Origin: Patescibacteria group bacterium
GTDB taxonomy: Bacteria > Patescibacteriota > Minisyncoccia > Ryanbacterales > GWA2-47-10b
DNA length: 64,000 nucleotides
Assembly (NCBI GenBank): GCA_038065475.1
Contig: JBBTQY010000003.1
Coordinates: 14,464 to 78,463, forward strand
Direction of reading: 5' to 3'
Position numbers and translations under genes: made by a program. The notes beneath the pieces are model-generated. The model ran no database searches and was not told where the DNA came from. It saw only the letters and a program-made list of their open reading frames with translations. Positions 48,108 to 57,749 of this stretch are shown here, one piece after another; within the stretch, counting starts at the first letter, position 1, and each line of letters opens with the position of its first letter.

Positions 48108-48770
48108 CTACACCTTGGGTGGCGTATTACGCATGCGCACCGACACATAGAGCGAGAGATTGAGTGGCACAAATGACGGTAGAAGAAGTCGCTTCTCGAT
48201 GGTAAATTGCTTACCTAAAAATCCGAGAATATAGTTGTGATCTGATGGATGAATATCTTCGGGATCTTCGCCGACAAGTTTGAAAAAACTATCGGTAATA
48301 ATATTTTTCACCGGGAACGAGATAACAACAAGACCGCCGGGCTTTACGATACGTGCGATCTCGCGAGCAGCGCGCTCAGACTCATGGATATCTTCAAGCG
48401 TGCTTACAATCACACACGCGTCAAACAACGCATCCGCAAACGGCATAGCCATAATATCGCCTGAAATAAGTTCGACGTTGCTAACCTGATACCAATCAAG
48501 CATGCGCTTGACCGCATCAGTCTCTTTGTGAAGATCGAGTGCGGTAACTTTTTTTGCAATTTTGGAAAGTGTGGGCAAGAGAATACCACTTCCGTAGCCA
48601 ATCTCGATAAGATTTTCGAACTGATATGGCTCAAGAAGTTTATAAGTATTCTTAAGACGCTGACGATACACAATGCTCGCCACAGGGTAATAGTGATACA
48701 TTACCGGATCACCCCAATTCGTCTGGGTCATTAAACGCTTTGGTGGAATGATCAATTTTGGTTTTTTCAT
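48108..48770 (-). CDS. Class I SAM-dependent methyltransferase
   Basis: IEIGYGSG, MPF.D..FD, EI.RIVKPGG. Confidence 0.9.
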   Translation of the reverse strand: MKKPKLIIPPKRLMTQTNWGDPVMYHYYPVASIVYRQRLKNTYKLLEPYQFENLIEIGYGSGILLPTLSKIAKKVTALDLHKETDAVKRMLDWYQVSNVELISGDIMAMPFADALFDACVIVSTLEDIHESERAAREIARIVKPGGLVVISFPVKNIITDSFFKLVGEDPEDIHPSDHNYILGFLGKQFTIEKRLLLPSFVPLNLSLYVSVRMRNTPPKV

Positions 48771-49135
48771 TTAGGTAAAAGAATAAGAATAACACCAAAT
48801 AGAATCGCTGCGATACCTACAACATGTAACGTCGAAAGGGCTTCTTTCAGAAAGATATAGGAAAACGCAGTAATAAGAACAAGCATAACGCCTACTGACA
48901 CCGGATACACGATATTGAGCTGGAGCCGAGAAAGAATAAACACATACAGAAAAAAACTCACCGCATAAAGCACGACCCCGGCAAATAGAAAACCATTTTT
49001 AAATGGCTCAAAAATAATACCGAGAGAGAGCCCCTCGCCCGCGATACGTTTTGCGCCCGTGCGCAGCATGAGCTGCGCCGAGACAGTAAAGATGATATCG
49101 AGCATTAAAAGCGCGTAAATAAGCGGCGAAGCCAT
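48767..49135 (-). CDS. SMR/EamA-like small membrane transporter (ArnE/ArnF-like flippase candidate)
   Basis: 4 TM helices; LS..QL...YP, ..FL.E........G..IL.GV. Confidence 0.8.
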   Translation of the reverse strand: MASPLIYALLMLDIIFTVSAQLMLRTGAKRIAGEGLSLGIIFEPFKNGFLFAGVVLYAVSFFLYVFILSRLQLNIVYPVSVGVMLVLITAFSYIFLKEALSTLHVVGIAAILFGVILILLPK

Positions 49136-49190
49136 AGGACAAGGATACCGGAAAAGCACTTTTGCTTCAAGAATAAACACATGCAAAATA

Positions 49191-49219
49191 TTGACAAAAT
49201 AATATATATATGCTATATA
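49191..49219 (+). promoter_or_regulatory. sigma70-type promoter
   Basis: TTGACA-17-TATATA with extended TG. Confidence 0.7.
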
Positions 49220-49264
49220 TTGAACGGGAAATGAGTTCCCCATTGATCCGAAGAGGAGTCAACT

Positions 49265-49987
49265 TTGACAACCAAATTCGAGCTGGCAAGCCCAGTGCGC
49301 GAGATCTTCGCGTATCTCGCCCCCAACTACTTCGATCCGAAGAAGGGTCACTGCAACTGGGGGCACGACGGTCAGCACCTGCTGCGCTGCCTCGCCTCAC
49401 GCAAGGCCTACTGGCCCGCGATCATCAACGACGAGCCCAACTTTGCGGGTGAGGGCAACGATCTCGCCATCGATCTCGGCCTCGCGCTTCACGATCTCGA
49501 CAGATCGAAGGAGCTCCGGGGTCGTACCGACGAGGCCAAAACGCGCCGACGCGACTTCGCTGCCGCTCTCATGCGTCAACACGACATCGACGAGTTCATC
49601 ATCCTGGAGGTCTTCGCCGCTCTCGACACCAAGTTCCTCCAGACCGACGATCCTCAGAAGACCCCGCTTGCCCGCGTCATCGACGACCTCGACAAGGCGG
49701 ACATGGGTGCCGTCGGCCTCTACCGCATGGCGGCAGTGGCCTGCGACCGCAACTACGGCGTGTTCGCCCGCGCACGCGACTTCGACCCGGATGCGCCGGC
49801 GATCGAGGGGGACGACAACCTCGACTCGTACGCCGCCGACATCTGCTTCTGCCTCGAGTGGCGGAACAAGCCCAAGTTCGCGATCGCGACGCCGGCCATC
49901 CGTCGCGCGGTCGAGCACCGTTTCGATTTCATGGAGGCCTCCCTCGCACAGCTCAAGCGCGAGCACGAGGAGCTCGGCCTCATCTAG
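49265..49987 (+). CDS. HD-domain phosphohydrolase-like protein (divergent)
   Basis: GHDGQH..R, ALHDLD, DDLDKADMGAVGLYR; SD AGGAG with TTG start; very GC-rich codons. Confidence 0.7.
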   Translation: MTTKFELASPVREIFAYLAPNYFDPKKGHCNWGHDGQHLLRCLASRKAYWPAIINDEPNFAGEGNDLAIDLGLALHDLDRSKELRGRTDEAKTRRRDFAAALMRQHDIDEFIILEVFAALDTKFLQTDDPQKTPLARVIDDLDKADMGAVGLYRMAAVACDRNYGVFARARDFDPDAPAIEGDDNLDSYAADICFCLEWRNKPKFAIATPAIRRAVEHRFDFMEASLAQLKREHEELGLI

Positions 49988-50003
49988 GCGACCAACCGCA
50001 ACG

Positions 50004-50045
50004 GCGGGTAGGACTTCATCAGAAGTCCTACCCGCTTTTCTTTTT
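50004..50045 (+). terminator. Rho-independent terminator
   Basis: GCGGGTAGGACTTC-ATCA-GAAGTCCTACCCGC plus T-run. Confidence 0.85.
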
Positions 50046-50060
50046 ATATAAAGATAAATA

Positions 50061-50096
50061 AAAAATGCCGCGTTCGTACCGTTGTACGAACGCGGC
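50061..50096 (-). terminator. Rho-independent terminator
   Basis: GCCGCGTTCGTAC-AACG-GTACGAACGCGGC plus T-run on the minus strand. Confidence 0.85.
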
Positions 50097-50118
50097 TTGA
50101 CCTACGAGGATTGCCCCG

Positions 50119-50724
50119 CTAGTTGCTACTCGCTGGAGCCGGAGAACCTGTGTCACCTCCTTCGGCGTACGCTCGCCGAAGATTCCTAATCGTCCTCCAC
50201 TGGAGATGCATCGAGGAAGGCCCCCCGAAGCCCGGAATCAGCCAGTACTTAACGCACTCGAGCTTCTGTGTCCCTGGGTCGTAGACGTGAAGAGAAGGGG
50301 TGGTATCGTCACCCTTCAGCTTACTATGCCTCCAGGTGTGCAGATAGGCATGCCCACGCTCGCAGTAGGTGAAGAGCGGCGTGTCGTAGGAGATGAAATC
50401 GCTCTGGGGAGTGGGCAGCGGGATCAGTGGAATGTCGAAACCATCATGGCCGAGAACCTTCACCCTGAGCTCGTAGACCGGCGACATGCGACTGCCGCAG
50501 ATGAGACAACGGCGCAAGGGACATACGCCCCGATGCTTCGTCCGCCAGAACCACTTCACCTCGAAATTCCGCATGAGTCGTCCCCAGAAGTGCTCCTTGA
50601 GAAACAACTGCTTGAAGCAGAGCTCAGCCATCATCAGGAAACCTGCATACACCCCCTTTTCGAATTCGCTTGCCACACCTGAAGACGAAAGGTGGATACT
50701 CCACTTGTTATCGATTTTTGCCAT
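50119..50724 (-). CDS. Hypothetical protein with Cys motifs
   Basis: Start MAKIDNK with SD GAGG; C-x4-CxxC and CxxGH; terminator downstream. Confidence 0.65.
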   Translation of the reverse strand: MAKIDNKWSIHLSSSGVASEFEKGVYAGFLMMAELCFKQLFLKEHFWGRLMRNFEVKWFWRTKHRGVCPLRRCLICGSRMSPVYELRVKVLGHDGFDIPLIPLPTPQSDFISYDTPLFTYCERGHAYLHTWRHSKLKGDDTTPSLHVYDPGTQKLECVKYWLIPGFGGPSSMHLQWRTIRNLRRAYAEGGDTGSPAPASSN

Positions 50725-50734
50725 ACATCCTCTC

Positions 50735-51079
50735 TTAGTCGACCGCAATCCCCCAATAGAAGATCTTGAAGGGGGCGACGATGACGACCTGGTTGTGAAG
50801 CGCGCCCGGCGGAATGGCGATGAAATCACCCGGCCCGACGCGCACGATCTTGTCGTCCACGTAGTAGTCCGCCTCGCCTTCGAGCACCACGTAGCACTCC
50901 CACATCGTGGAGTGCCTGTGCATCTCGGCTCCGACTGGTCCCTCGGGCAACGTTGCGATCGCGATCTGTGTGACGCCGGGCAAGACATCGCCTCGGCAGA
51001 TCACCTCTTTGATGGTATGCGTACCGTGACTCGTATGCTCCACCGTGCGCTCACTGGCGCGAACGACATAAGCCTTCAT
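50735..51079 (-). CDS. Cupin domain protein
   Basis: HRH...WE.Y.VLEG, GD...IPPG..H. Confidence 0.85.
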   Translation of the reverse strand: MKAYVVRASERTVEHTSHGTHTIKEVICRGDVLPGVTQIAIATLPEGPVGAEMHRHSTMWECYVVLEGEADYYVDDKIVRVGPGDFIAIPPGALHNQVVIVAPFKIFYWGIAVD

Positions 51080-51183
51080 TTCCTCTACCCTCACTTTCTG
51101 TATCAAGTCCTGCTAATGCATAGCAAGAACAGTTTGCAGGAACACCTGCATTTTTATATCACAAAATATAATATTTGTCTATA

Positions 51184-51639
51184 CTAGCGGATCCCCGCCT
51201 TGCGTAGGAGTTTACGTACATCTTTTTGCGTATGCGACGGGATTTTGGAGAACCACCCAACATCAGTTGATTGCGAGTCAAGAACAGTCTCTTGTCTTGC
51301 GGTTATTAAACGTGCCTCATATACAATACTGATGGTTTGAGACTTGATCCCCCAGCGTGTTTCTGGCGCGTTGAGCGTACCTAAAATGCCACCTAGCTTT
51401 ACATGCAAACCAACTTCTTCGCGCGCCTTGCGTACTGCAGCTCGTTCGGGACTTTCTCCTAAAAATACTCGCCCACCTGGAGTCCACCAAAAACCCTTGT
51501 AAGGCTCATTGGCTCGCTTGTGCAACAGAACCTTTCCCCGATGTACAATCACAACATCAACCGTCAGTATCGGAACAGTGCCGATTATTTTTTTATAAAG
51601 CGCCAATGGTACGTGCTGGCTATTTTTTGATTGCGCCAT
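51184..51639 (-). CDS. Nudix hydrolase resembling GDP-mannose mannosyl hydrolase
   Basis: P.LTVD.VI, LL.KR.NEP.KG.W.TPGGRV..GE......RK..EE.G, DSQ. Confidence 0.8.
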   Translation of the reverse strand: MAQSKNSQHVPLALYKKIIGTVPILTVDVVIVHRGKVLLHKRANEPYKGFWWTPGGRVFLGESPERAAVRKAREEVGLHVKLGGILGTLNAPETRWGIKSQTISIVYEARLITARQETVLDSQSTDVGWFSKIPSHTQKDVRKLLRKAGIR

Positions 51640-51640
51640 A

Positions 51641-52324
51641 TTATTTTTTCTCCCCTGCCATAAAAATAAACATGCCAAAATATTTAAGTGGCGTACGCTC
51701 GCAGATGCGACTTAACCAGTCAAGATGCGGGATGAGAAAAATAATAGCCTTTCTTTTTTCAGTAATATGAAAATTTGCTTCGCAAAAAAAACGCTCGAGT
51801 TTTCTTTGAGTTACAAAGCGTCGCACCTTGTCATCGAAATAGGTGGCATCTCCTATCCCCAGTCTGCGCAACAACGCACGCAAACGATCATAGATGCGCA
51901 TCGTATCGTTTGCTGATGAAAGCAAAAGTCGTCCACGGGGACGTAATACACGATAAGCTTCACGCATAAAAACCTCGGGATGATCAAGATAATAAACCAT
52001 CTCAGCTCCCACCACTGTATCAAATGATGCGTCAGGGAACGGTAAGTGCTCTGCATCGGCAACCACAGCATCAATGGTGAGTTTTTTCTTTATTTCATCG
52101 ACCATATTAGGCGATATATCTGTCGCGACTACACGACATCCGTGTTCTAAAAATGCCCGTGACATCTCACCCGTACCCGCACCTACTTCGAGGACATCTC
52201 CCTTGGCATATCTGAGAAAAAAATCGCGGCGACGACTAACAGCATACGCGCTTGTCACCGCATCATAACGAGATGCGGCGCTATCAAAAATATGGGCAAA
52301 TTCCTTGTTAGCAGGCTTAGTCAC
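51641..52324 (-). CDS. Class I SAM-dependent methyltransferase
   Basis: VLEVGAGTG, DISP.M, DAE.LPFPD.SFD, RVLRP.G. Confidence 0.9.
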   Translation of the reverse strand: MTKPANKEFAHIFDSAASRYDAVTSAYAVSRRRDFFLRYAKGDVLEVGAGTGEMSRAFLEHGCRVVATDISPNMVDEIKKKLTIDAVVADAEHLPFPDASFDTVVGAEMVYYLDHPEVFMREAYRVLRPRGRLLLSSANDTMRIYDRLRALLRRLGIGDATYFDDKVRRFVTQRKLERFFCEANFHITEKRKAIIFLIPHLDWLSRICERTPLKYFGMFIFMAGEKK

Positions 52325-52988
52325 GATACCGACGCAAAATCATGCGCAAGATTTTGAGTCCATGCCAAAACGCATTGACTTTGGTTTTGCCCGCAAAACG
52401 TGCACGCTCAAACGCTGGGACCTCGGCAAACTTGAGTCCTGCGCGATGCGCTTTTACCACGATTTCTGTACAAAATTCAAAACCCGTCGACGTAAGATGT
52501 AGCTTCTTGAGACCGTCACGTGTAATCGCGGTAAAAAGATAAAGAGAATCCGTGACATTGGTACCATGGATCACGTTGGTCAACCAAGTGAACATGCGAT
52601 TTCCAAACCAGCGGATAATCGTGTCATCTTCACTCTTACCACCTACCGTGTAGCGCGATGCCATCACATACTCATATCCTCGGCGTACCTTCTCAATAAT
52701 CGAAGCAATTTCATGAGGATTGTGCGAGCCATCAGCATCCATCATGATCACCACATCACCTGTGACAATGTCAAATGCCTCAAGAAAGGCGCCACCGTAA
52801 CCCTTACCCTTTTGCATCACTAACTTGTCCTCGGGGCGCAATTCGGCTTTTGCTTCTTCCCACGTCTTATCAGTCGAATGCCCGTCGATGATGACGATTT
52901 CATTGACAATATCGCGGGGCACTTCGCTGATAACTTTACCAATACACCCCTCTTCGTTACGCGTCGGTATAATAAGACTAACCTTCAT
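52317..52988 (-). CDS. DPM1-like GT2 polyprenol-phosphate glycosyltransferase
   Basis: IIPT.NEE, DG.STD, MDADGSH, ASRY, GNR.FT, E.AR..G..K. Confidence 0.88.
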   Translation of the reverse strand: MKVSLIIPTRNEEGCIGKVISEVPRDIVNEIVIIDGHSTDKTWEEAKAELRPEDKLVMQKGKGYGGAFLEAFDIVTGDVVIMMDADGSHNPHEIASIIEKVRRGYEYVMASRYTVGGKSEDDTIIRWFGNRMFTWLTNVIHGTNVTDSLYLFTAITRDGLKKLHLTSTGFEFCTEIVVKAHRAGLKFAEVPAFERARFAGKTKVNAFWHGLKILRMILRRYRD

Positions 52989-53022
52989 AATTTTAGTTCC
53001 TAGACCTAGTCTAATATTGACT

Positions 53023-54117
53023 TTATTTATAAAACATTTTTATTGTATCCGCAACTCTCACAATATCCGCACTAGAGAGCTGCGAAGCAGACGGCAACCA
53101 TAAACCGCGCGCGGCAACTCGCTCTGCTACGGGAAATGATTCTGTACTCCATGCATCGCAATAAATTTTCTGCGTATGAATAGCGGGATATACTCGGCGC
53201 GAACCAATACCGTGAGACTTGAGATGTGCTGCGAGTCCGTCAGGATCGTCTACAAAGACCTCAATAAACCAAGGACTTGTATCATTTGTGTTAGTCGCTA
53301 TCATCGCAACTTGAGAGACATCTTTTAAAAGCTCGCAATATTTCTTCCAAATCTCTTTTTTGCGCCCAACACGCGCGGAAAGTTTTTTCATCTGCTCGAT
53401 ACCAATCACTGCCTGGATATCGGTAAATTTAAAATTCCACCCCCACTCATCATGCAAATCACTGCCACCACCCGTGCGGCCAAAATCTTTGAGTCGGCGC
53501 AACTTGCCTGCGAGCTCATCAGAATCGGTTACCAGCGCCCCCCCCTGCCCCGTGCTAATAATTTTAGGAACACTAAAAGAAAAACTTCCAATCTGGCCAA
53601 ACGTACCAAGGTGCTTACCCGCTTGTCGCGATCCCAGAGCTTGCGCCGCATCTTCAAGTAAAAATAAATTATGCTTGCGGCAAAAATCAACAATCTGCCG
53701 CATATCACCCGCACGACCATTAAACGCCACGTACATCATCGCGCGCGTTTTTGATGTTATTGCTCTTTCTGCTGCATCCAAATCCATACAAAGTGTCTTT
53801 GGATCGATATCAACAAGCACCGGTTCGATGCCGACAAGTTTTGCGGCGTTGGGACTAGCAATCATTGTAAAATCGGGCACCAGGACTTCATTGCCCGCCT
53901 CAAGCCCGAGCGCCAGAAGCGCGAGCGTGAGGCTGATAGTACCATTGGTGGTCATCACACAATATTTAGCGCCCGTAAACTCCGCGATCATACGTTCAAG
54001 CTCTTTGGTGCGCCCAAACTCCATCGCCCACCCGCCTGATTTCATATATTCAAAAACGGCCGTGGCTTCTTCATCGCCAAACCACGGCTCCATTTGAGGA
54101 ATATTTTTTTCGGTCAT
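53023..54117 (-). CDS. DegT family aminotransferase, GDP-perosamine synthase-like
   Basis: NGT.SL.LAL, EDAAQ.LG, FSF...KII.TG.GG; downstream of gmd. Confidence 0.88.
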   Translation of the reverse strand: MTEKNIPQMEPWFGDEEATAVFEYMKSGGWAMEFGRTKELERMIAEFTGAKYCVMTTNGTISLTLALLALGLEAGNEVLVPDFTMIASPNAAKLVGIEPVLVDIDPKTLCMDLDAAERAITSKTRAMMYVAFNGRAGDMRQIVDFCRKHNLFLLEDAAQALGSRQAGKHLGTFGQIGSFSFSVPKIISTGQGGALVTDSDELAGKLRRLKDFGRTGGGSDLHDEWGWNFKFTDIQAVIGIEQMKKLSARVGRKKEIWKKYCELLKDVSQVAMIATNTNDTSPWFIEVFVDDPDGLAAHLKSHGIGSRRVYPAIHTQKIYCDAWSTESFPVAERVAARGLWLPSASQLSSADIVRVADTIKMFYK

Positions 54118-54119
54118 AT

Positions 54120-54509
54120 TTAAATCAACACCTTATCTTCTACAAAAGGTCCATTTTTCACCTCAATAAACTCTGCATCACGCGTGATGTGGATGCCATA
54201 ACCACCATTGAGTAGGATCAACACGTCGCCTTCCTTGATAGAAGTTGTTTTAAATTTCTTATAGGCACGGCCTTCTTTTACATACAAATCAATGCGTGCC
54301 GAGCCCTTGCGCACAATAAGACATTCTTGCAACGCCTTGGTTATGCGCTTTTTGGGTGCATGCGCATGTGCCTTAAGATACGTTCCCTTAGGGTGTTTGA
54401 GTGTCACCATTTGCAGTGGCTCACTACCAGGCGTTACCGGCTTTGAGCCTTTCTCGATCTTGGTAATCTTTACTGCAACAAGAGTTTTTTTGTGACGAAA
54501 TTCCTCCAT
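54120..54509 (-). CDS. Small cupin-fold protein of sugar-nucleotide clusters
   Basis: H.KG....AH.H, QE.L.V.KG, GD.......G.G, EVK.GP...DK. Confidence 0.7.
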   Translation of the reverse strand: MEEFRHKKTLVAVKITKIEKGSKPVTPGSEPLQMVTLKHPKGTYLKAHAHAPKKRITKALQECLIVRKGSARIDLYVKEGRAYKKFKTTSIKEGDVLILLNGGYGIHITRDAEFIEVKNGPFVEDKVLI

Positions 54510-54523
54510 GAGTCTAGTATACA

Positions 54524-55597
54524 CTACACGAGTGGTAGACGTTTTACATCAAATTTTTTACCGAGATGAGCTTCTTGCTCGACAATCTTCAGGTCGCTCT
54601 CAGCCATGATCTTCGCGAGTTCTTTAAATGTCACCTTGGGCTGCCAGTCGAGTACCGTGCGAGCCTTAGTCGGATCACCCAAAAGCAAATCAACCTCTGC
54701 GGGGCGAAAGTGCACCGGATCAATCTCGATAACTGTCTTACCAGTCTTGCGATCAACACCGCGCTCTTCGACTCCTTCTCCTTCCCAGACAATATCCATG
54801 TCATAGTGCTTACCGACTTCTTCAGCAAACTCGCGCACGGTATGTGTCTCGCCCGTTGCCAATACAAAATCATCGGGTTTATCGTGCTGTAAAATTTTCC
54901 AAATACCTTCTACATAATCTTTGGAGTAGCCCCAATCACGTTTTGCGTTTAAATTACCAAGATGAAGTACTGGCTGCAAACCAAGCTTCACGCGCGCGAG
55001 TCCCGTAGTAATTTTACGCGTGACAAAATTGATACCACGACGAGGCGACTCATGGTTGAATAAAATACCATTTGACGCAAAAAGACCGTAGCTCTCACGA
55101 TAAATGCGAGTAGAGTAAAAGGCGAATACTTTTGAAAGGCCGTAGGGCGACTGCGGATTGAAAGGTGTTGTCTCTTTTTGTGGAGTTTCTAATACCTTAC
55201 CAAACATTTCCGATGAACTTGCCTGATAGTATTTGGTAGGAAGTTTGAGATCACGAATTGCCTCCAGAATACGTAGCGGGCCCACGCCCGTTACGTTTGC
55301 CGTGTATTCGGGCACATCAAAACTAATACGCACATGCGACTGCGCGCCAAGATTATAAATCTCATCGGGCTGAATCTTTGAGATAATACGAGCAATATTT
55401 GAAGAATCACCCAAGTCCGCATACGCGGTGATGAAATGCGGATACTTGGGATTATCGTACAAATGATCAATGCGATAGGTATTTGGCGTACTAGCGCGCC
55501 GCTGGAGCCCGTAGACCTGATAGCCCTTCTCAAGCAAAAATTCGGCCAAATAGGAGCCGTCCTGACCGGTAACACCTGTAATGAGGGCTTTTTTCAT
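54524..55597 (-). CDS. gmd: GDP-mannose 4,6-dehydratase
   Basis: [62 protein letters not shown]. Confidence 0.97.
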   Translation of the reverse strand: MKKALITGVTGQDGSYLAEFLLEKGYQVYGLQRRASTPNTYRIDHLYDNPKYPHFITAYADLGDSSNIARIISKIQPDEIYNLGAQSHVRISFDVPEYTANVTGVGPLRILEAIRDLKLPTKYYQASSSEMFGKVLETPQKETTPFNPQSPYGLSKVFAFYSTRIYRESYGLFASNGILFNHESPRRGINFVTRKITTGLARVKLGLQPVLHLGNLNAKRDWGYSKDYVEGIWKILQHDKPDDFVLATGETHTVREFAEEVGKHYDMDIVWEGEGVEERGVDRKTGKTVIEIDPVHFRPAEVDLLLGDPTKARTVLDWQPKVTFKELAKIMAESDLKIVEQEAHLGKKFDVKRLPLV

Positions 55598-55618
55598 AAC
55601 TTGATTACTATACCATTA

Positions 55619-56668
55619 TTAATGATTTTGTGAAGGGTTCTCGACCACCTTTTGAATCTGAGAGACAGCCTCCTCCAAAGAATAACGATCGAGCACAATC
55701 TTTCGGCCATGATCTCCTAAACGAGCGCGCAACTCAGTATCACCTACTAGTCGTTCAAGTGCACTCACCCATTCAGTATCAGTCAACGCAAGAAAACCAC
55801 TTTTCCCATCATCAACGACATACTTCGCCTCACCAATACGCGAAGCGACGACGGGAAGTGCTGAAGCCATGTACTCAATAGCTTTAAGAGCGCACTTCGC
55901 ACGATTAAAATCAGAATCGACAAGCGGCATGACGCCGATATCAAAATGATACTTACCTATCAATGTGCTTGGTGTTTGCGCGTCTTTCCAATCAGCTTCA
56001 TCTATATAGACAACTTCATACCGAACATCCTTAAAGCAATCTTTGAGAGGTTGATAATTCTCTGAGCCAGCGATGACAAGGCGAAACGCTGCATTTCTTT
56101 CCGCGAGTTTATCGAGGGCGGGTTTGAGCACTGTAAAGTTTCCTTGCCGAAAATGTGCCTTCCCCTGCCCTATCCAACCAACCGTGATTGGAGGGGCAAC
56201 GCTCTTTGGCTTCTGGTACATACGTACATCAATACTTGTTGGTACCAATACAACCTGCTGCGCCTTCATACTTCGAGCATAATCAAAAATCTCATGTGAA
56301 CCCGCAAAAACTATATCAGCCATACGCATCAGTGCATGCGTCTTACGTGGCGAATGGATCCACTCAGCGTCATCGAGGTCATAGATAATTTGTTTGCCGT
56401 ATAATATTTTTGCAAGCCACAGCATAAAAGCGACGTCCCACGGAAAAAGAGACTTATGAACAAAAAGAATCTTAATATCTCGAGCACACATACGGCGCCA
56501 TAAGCTCCGTACCATATGTACTCGCGCACGCGAAATATCAGTAAATGCATACGCGATACTATGAATTACCTCGGCGTCGGGAGCTATGCTATCTCGCACC
56601 TGCCATACCCGGAGTCGCGAAGAGGCAGTATCGCGATCTCCTTTCGTTAAGAAAAGGATGGAGTTCAT
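55619..56668 (-). CDS. GT4 family glycosyltransferase
   Basis: SSR.R, YDLDD, GWIG, DIGVMPL, K..EYMA..LPVVAS. Confidence 0.9.
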   Translation of the reverse strand: MNSILFLTKGDRDTASSRLRVWQVRDSIAPDAEVIHSIAYAFTDISRARVHMVRSLWRRMCARDIKILFVHKSLFPWDVAFMLWLAKILYGKQIIYDLDDAEWIHSPRKTHALMRMADIVFAGSHEIFDYARSMKAQQVVLVPTSIDVRMYQKPKSVAPPITVGWIGQGKAHFRQGNFTVLKPALDKLAERNAAFRLVIAGSENYQPLKDCFKDVRYEVVYIDEADWKDAQTPSTLIGKYHFDIGVMPLVDSDFNRAKCALKAIEYMASALPVVASRIGEAKYVVDDGKSGFLALTDTEWVSALERLVGDTELRARLGDHGRKIVLDRYSLEEAVSQIQKVVENPSQNH

Positions 56669-57744
56669 GCGCGCATTACTTTCTCTAAGAGCTCAGAAAT
56701 CTTTTGAGCTCGCGCCTCCCATGTATACTGCAGGGCGGAGGCACGCGCAGCTTTCCCTAATCGAGAGGCTAGCTCCTCATCTTCTACAATACGCAAGACC
56801 GCCTTGGCAAAAAGTTTTCCATCAAGCTTTTGTATAAGAATTCCATTTACTTCATTCTCTATCACTTCATCATTTGCTCCACCAAGCGTAGAGATGATTG
56901 GTTTACCGGCGGCGAGATATTCATATAGTTTAGAAGACACGCTGCCGGGATACACCGTTGAGAGCGGATTCACAAGAATATCGGCAGCACAGAGATACAC
57001 GGGCACCTCTGCAGGCACAATACGCTTAACAATAGTATATCGTCCCTCAAGACCCTCTTTTTTCATTTGTCTGTGTATCGCCTCCTCTTCATTCGCCGTA
57101 GGACCAACAAACACCAAATGAACATTCACACCCCTTAACTCCTGCATCATACTTACCAATACGTCGACTGAATACCACAAAAAACTTCCTGCATACATAA
57201 TGGTCGTCATGCCAGAAGGCACGCCAATACGCAAAAGATCGACGGAAGTATTATATTGCTCGACCGTGATTGCGTTGGTCGGCGCCACTATGTATGGCTG
57301 TCGCACATGATAATACTGCGCAAGCTTCTTTGTTATAAACACAACTCCATTACTTGAACGCACCGCAAAATGCCATAGCGGTAACAAAAATCGCCATTCA
57401 TGACTGCCATGTACCTCGAAAACTATTCTCTTACCTTTTATGAAACGAGCGAAAAGCGCTGGAAATATGAGCCATGGATCTCGAAAATATAAAACATCAT
57501 AATCTGCAGCACGCATAAGGTATAAAAAAGCAGATCGTCGTTTCGGACTTACGTCGAATACCAACGGAGTAGTGATCCCCTTATCAGATAAGATAGATTC
57601 GCGCGTTCGCGGCTCAGCAGCCAACGAGATGACGAGCACTCGCGTGCCTTCTACGCGCGATAAATATTCTGCTGTCTTAAGAATATTGACACTATGCGCT
57701 CGTGAAAGTGATAGTTTCGCCCGAGTAAGAATACGTATGTTCAT
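56665..57744 (-). CDS. GT4 family glycosyltransferase
   Basis: YAGSF, ADILV.P, SKLYEYLAAGKPI, YTWE.RA. Confidence 0.9.
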   Translation of the reverse strand: MNIRILTRAKLSLSRAHSVNILKTAEYLSRVEGTRVLVISLAAEPRTRESILSDKGITTPLVFDVSPKRRSAFLYLMRAADYDVLYFRDPWLIFPALFARFIKGKRIVFEVHGSHEWRFLLPLWHFAVRSSNGVVFITKKLAQYYHVRQPYIVAPTNAITVEQYNTSVDLLRIGVPSGMTTIMYAGSFLWYSVDVLVSMMQELRGVNVHLVFVGPTANEEEAIHRQMKKEGLEGRYTIVKRIVPAEVPVYLCAADILVNPLSTVYPGSVSSKLYEYLAAGKPIISTLGGANDEVIENEVNGILIQKLDGKLFAKAVLRIVEDEELASRLGKAARASALQYTWEARAQKISELLEKVMRA

Positions 57745-57749
57745 TAAAT

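Noticed and set aside
49397-50061. Several long overlapping ORFs on both strands
   Set aside because: Shadow ORFs caused by high GC3; only 49265-49987 has an SD, promoter, terminator and recognisable motifs.
50725-50988. Long N-terminus of the 289-aa ORF, suggesting a frameshift fusion with the cupin
   Set aside because: It overlaps the cupin in another frame, and the downstream gene has its own SD and ATG at 50724.
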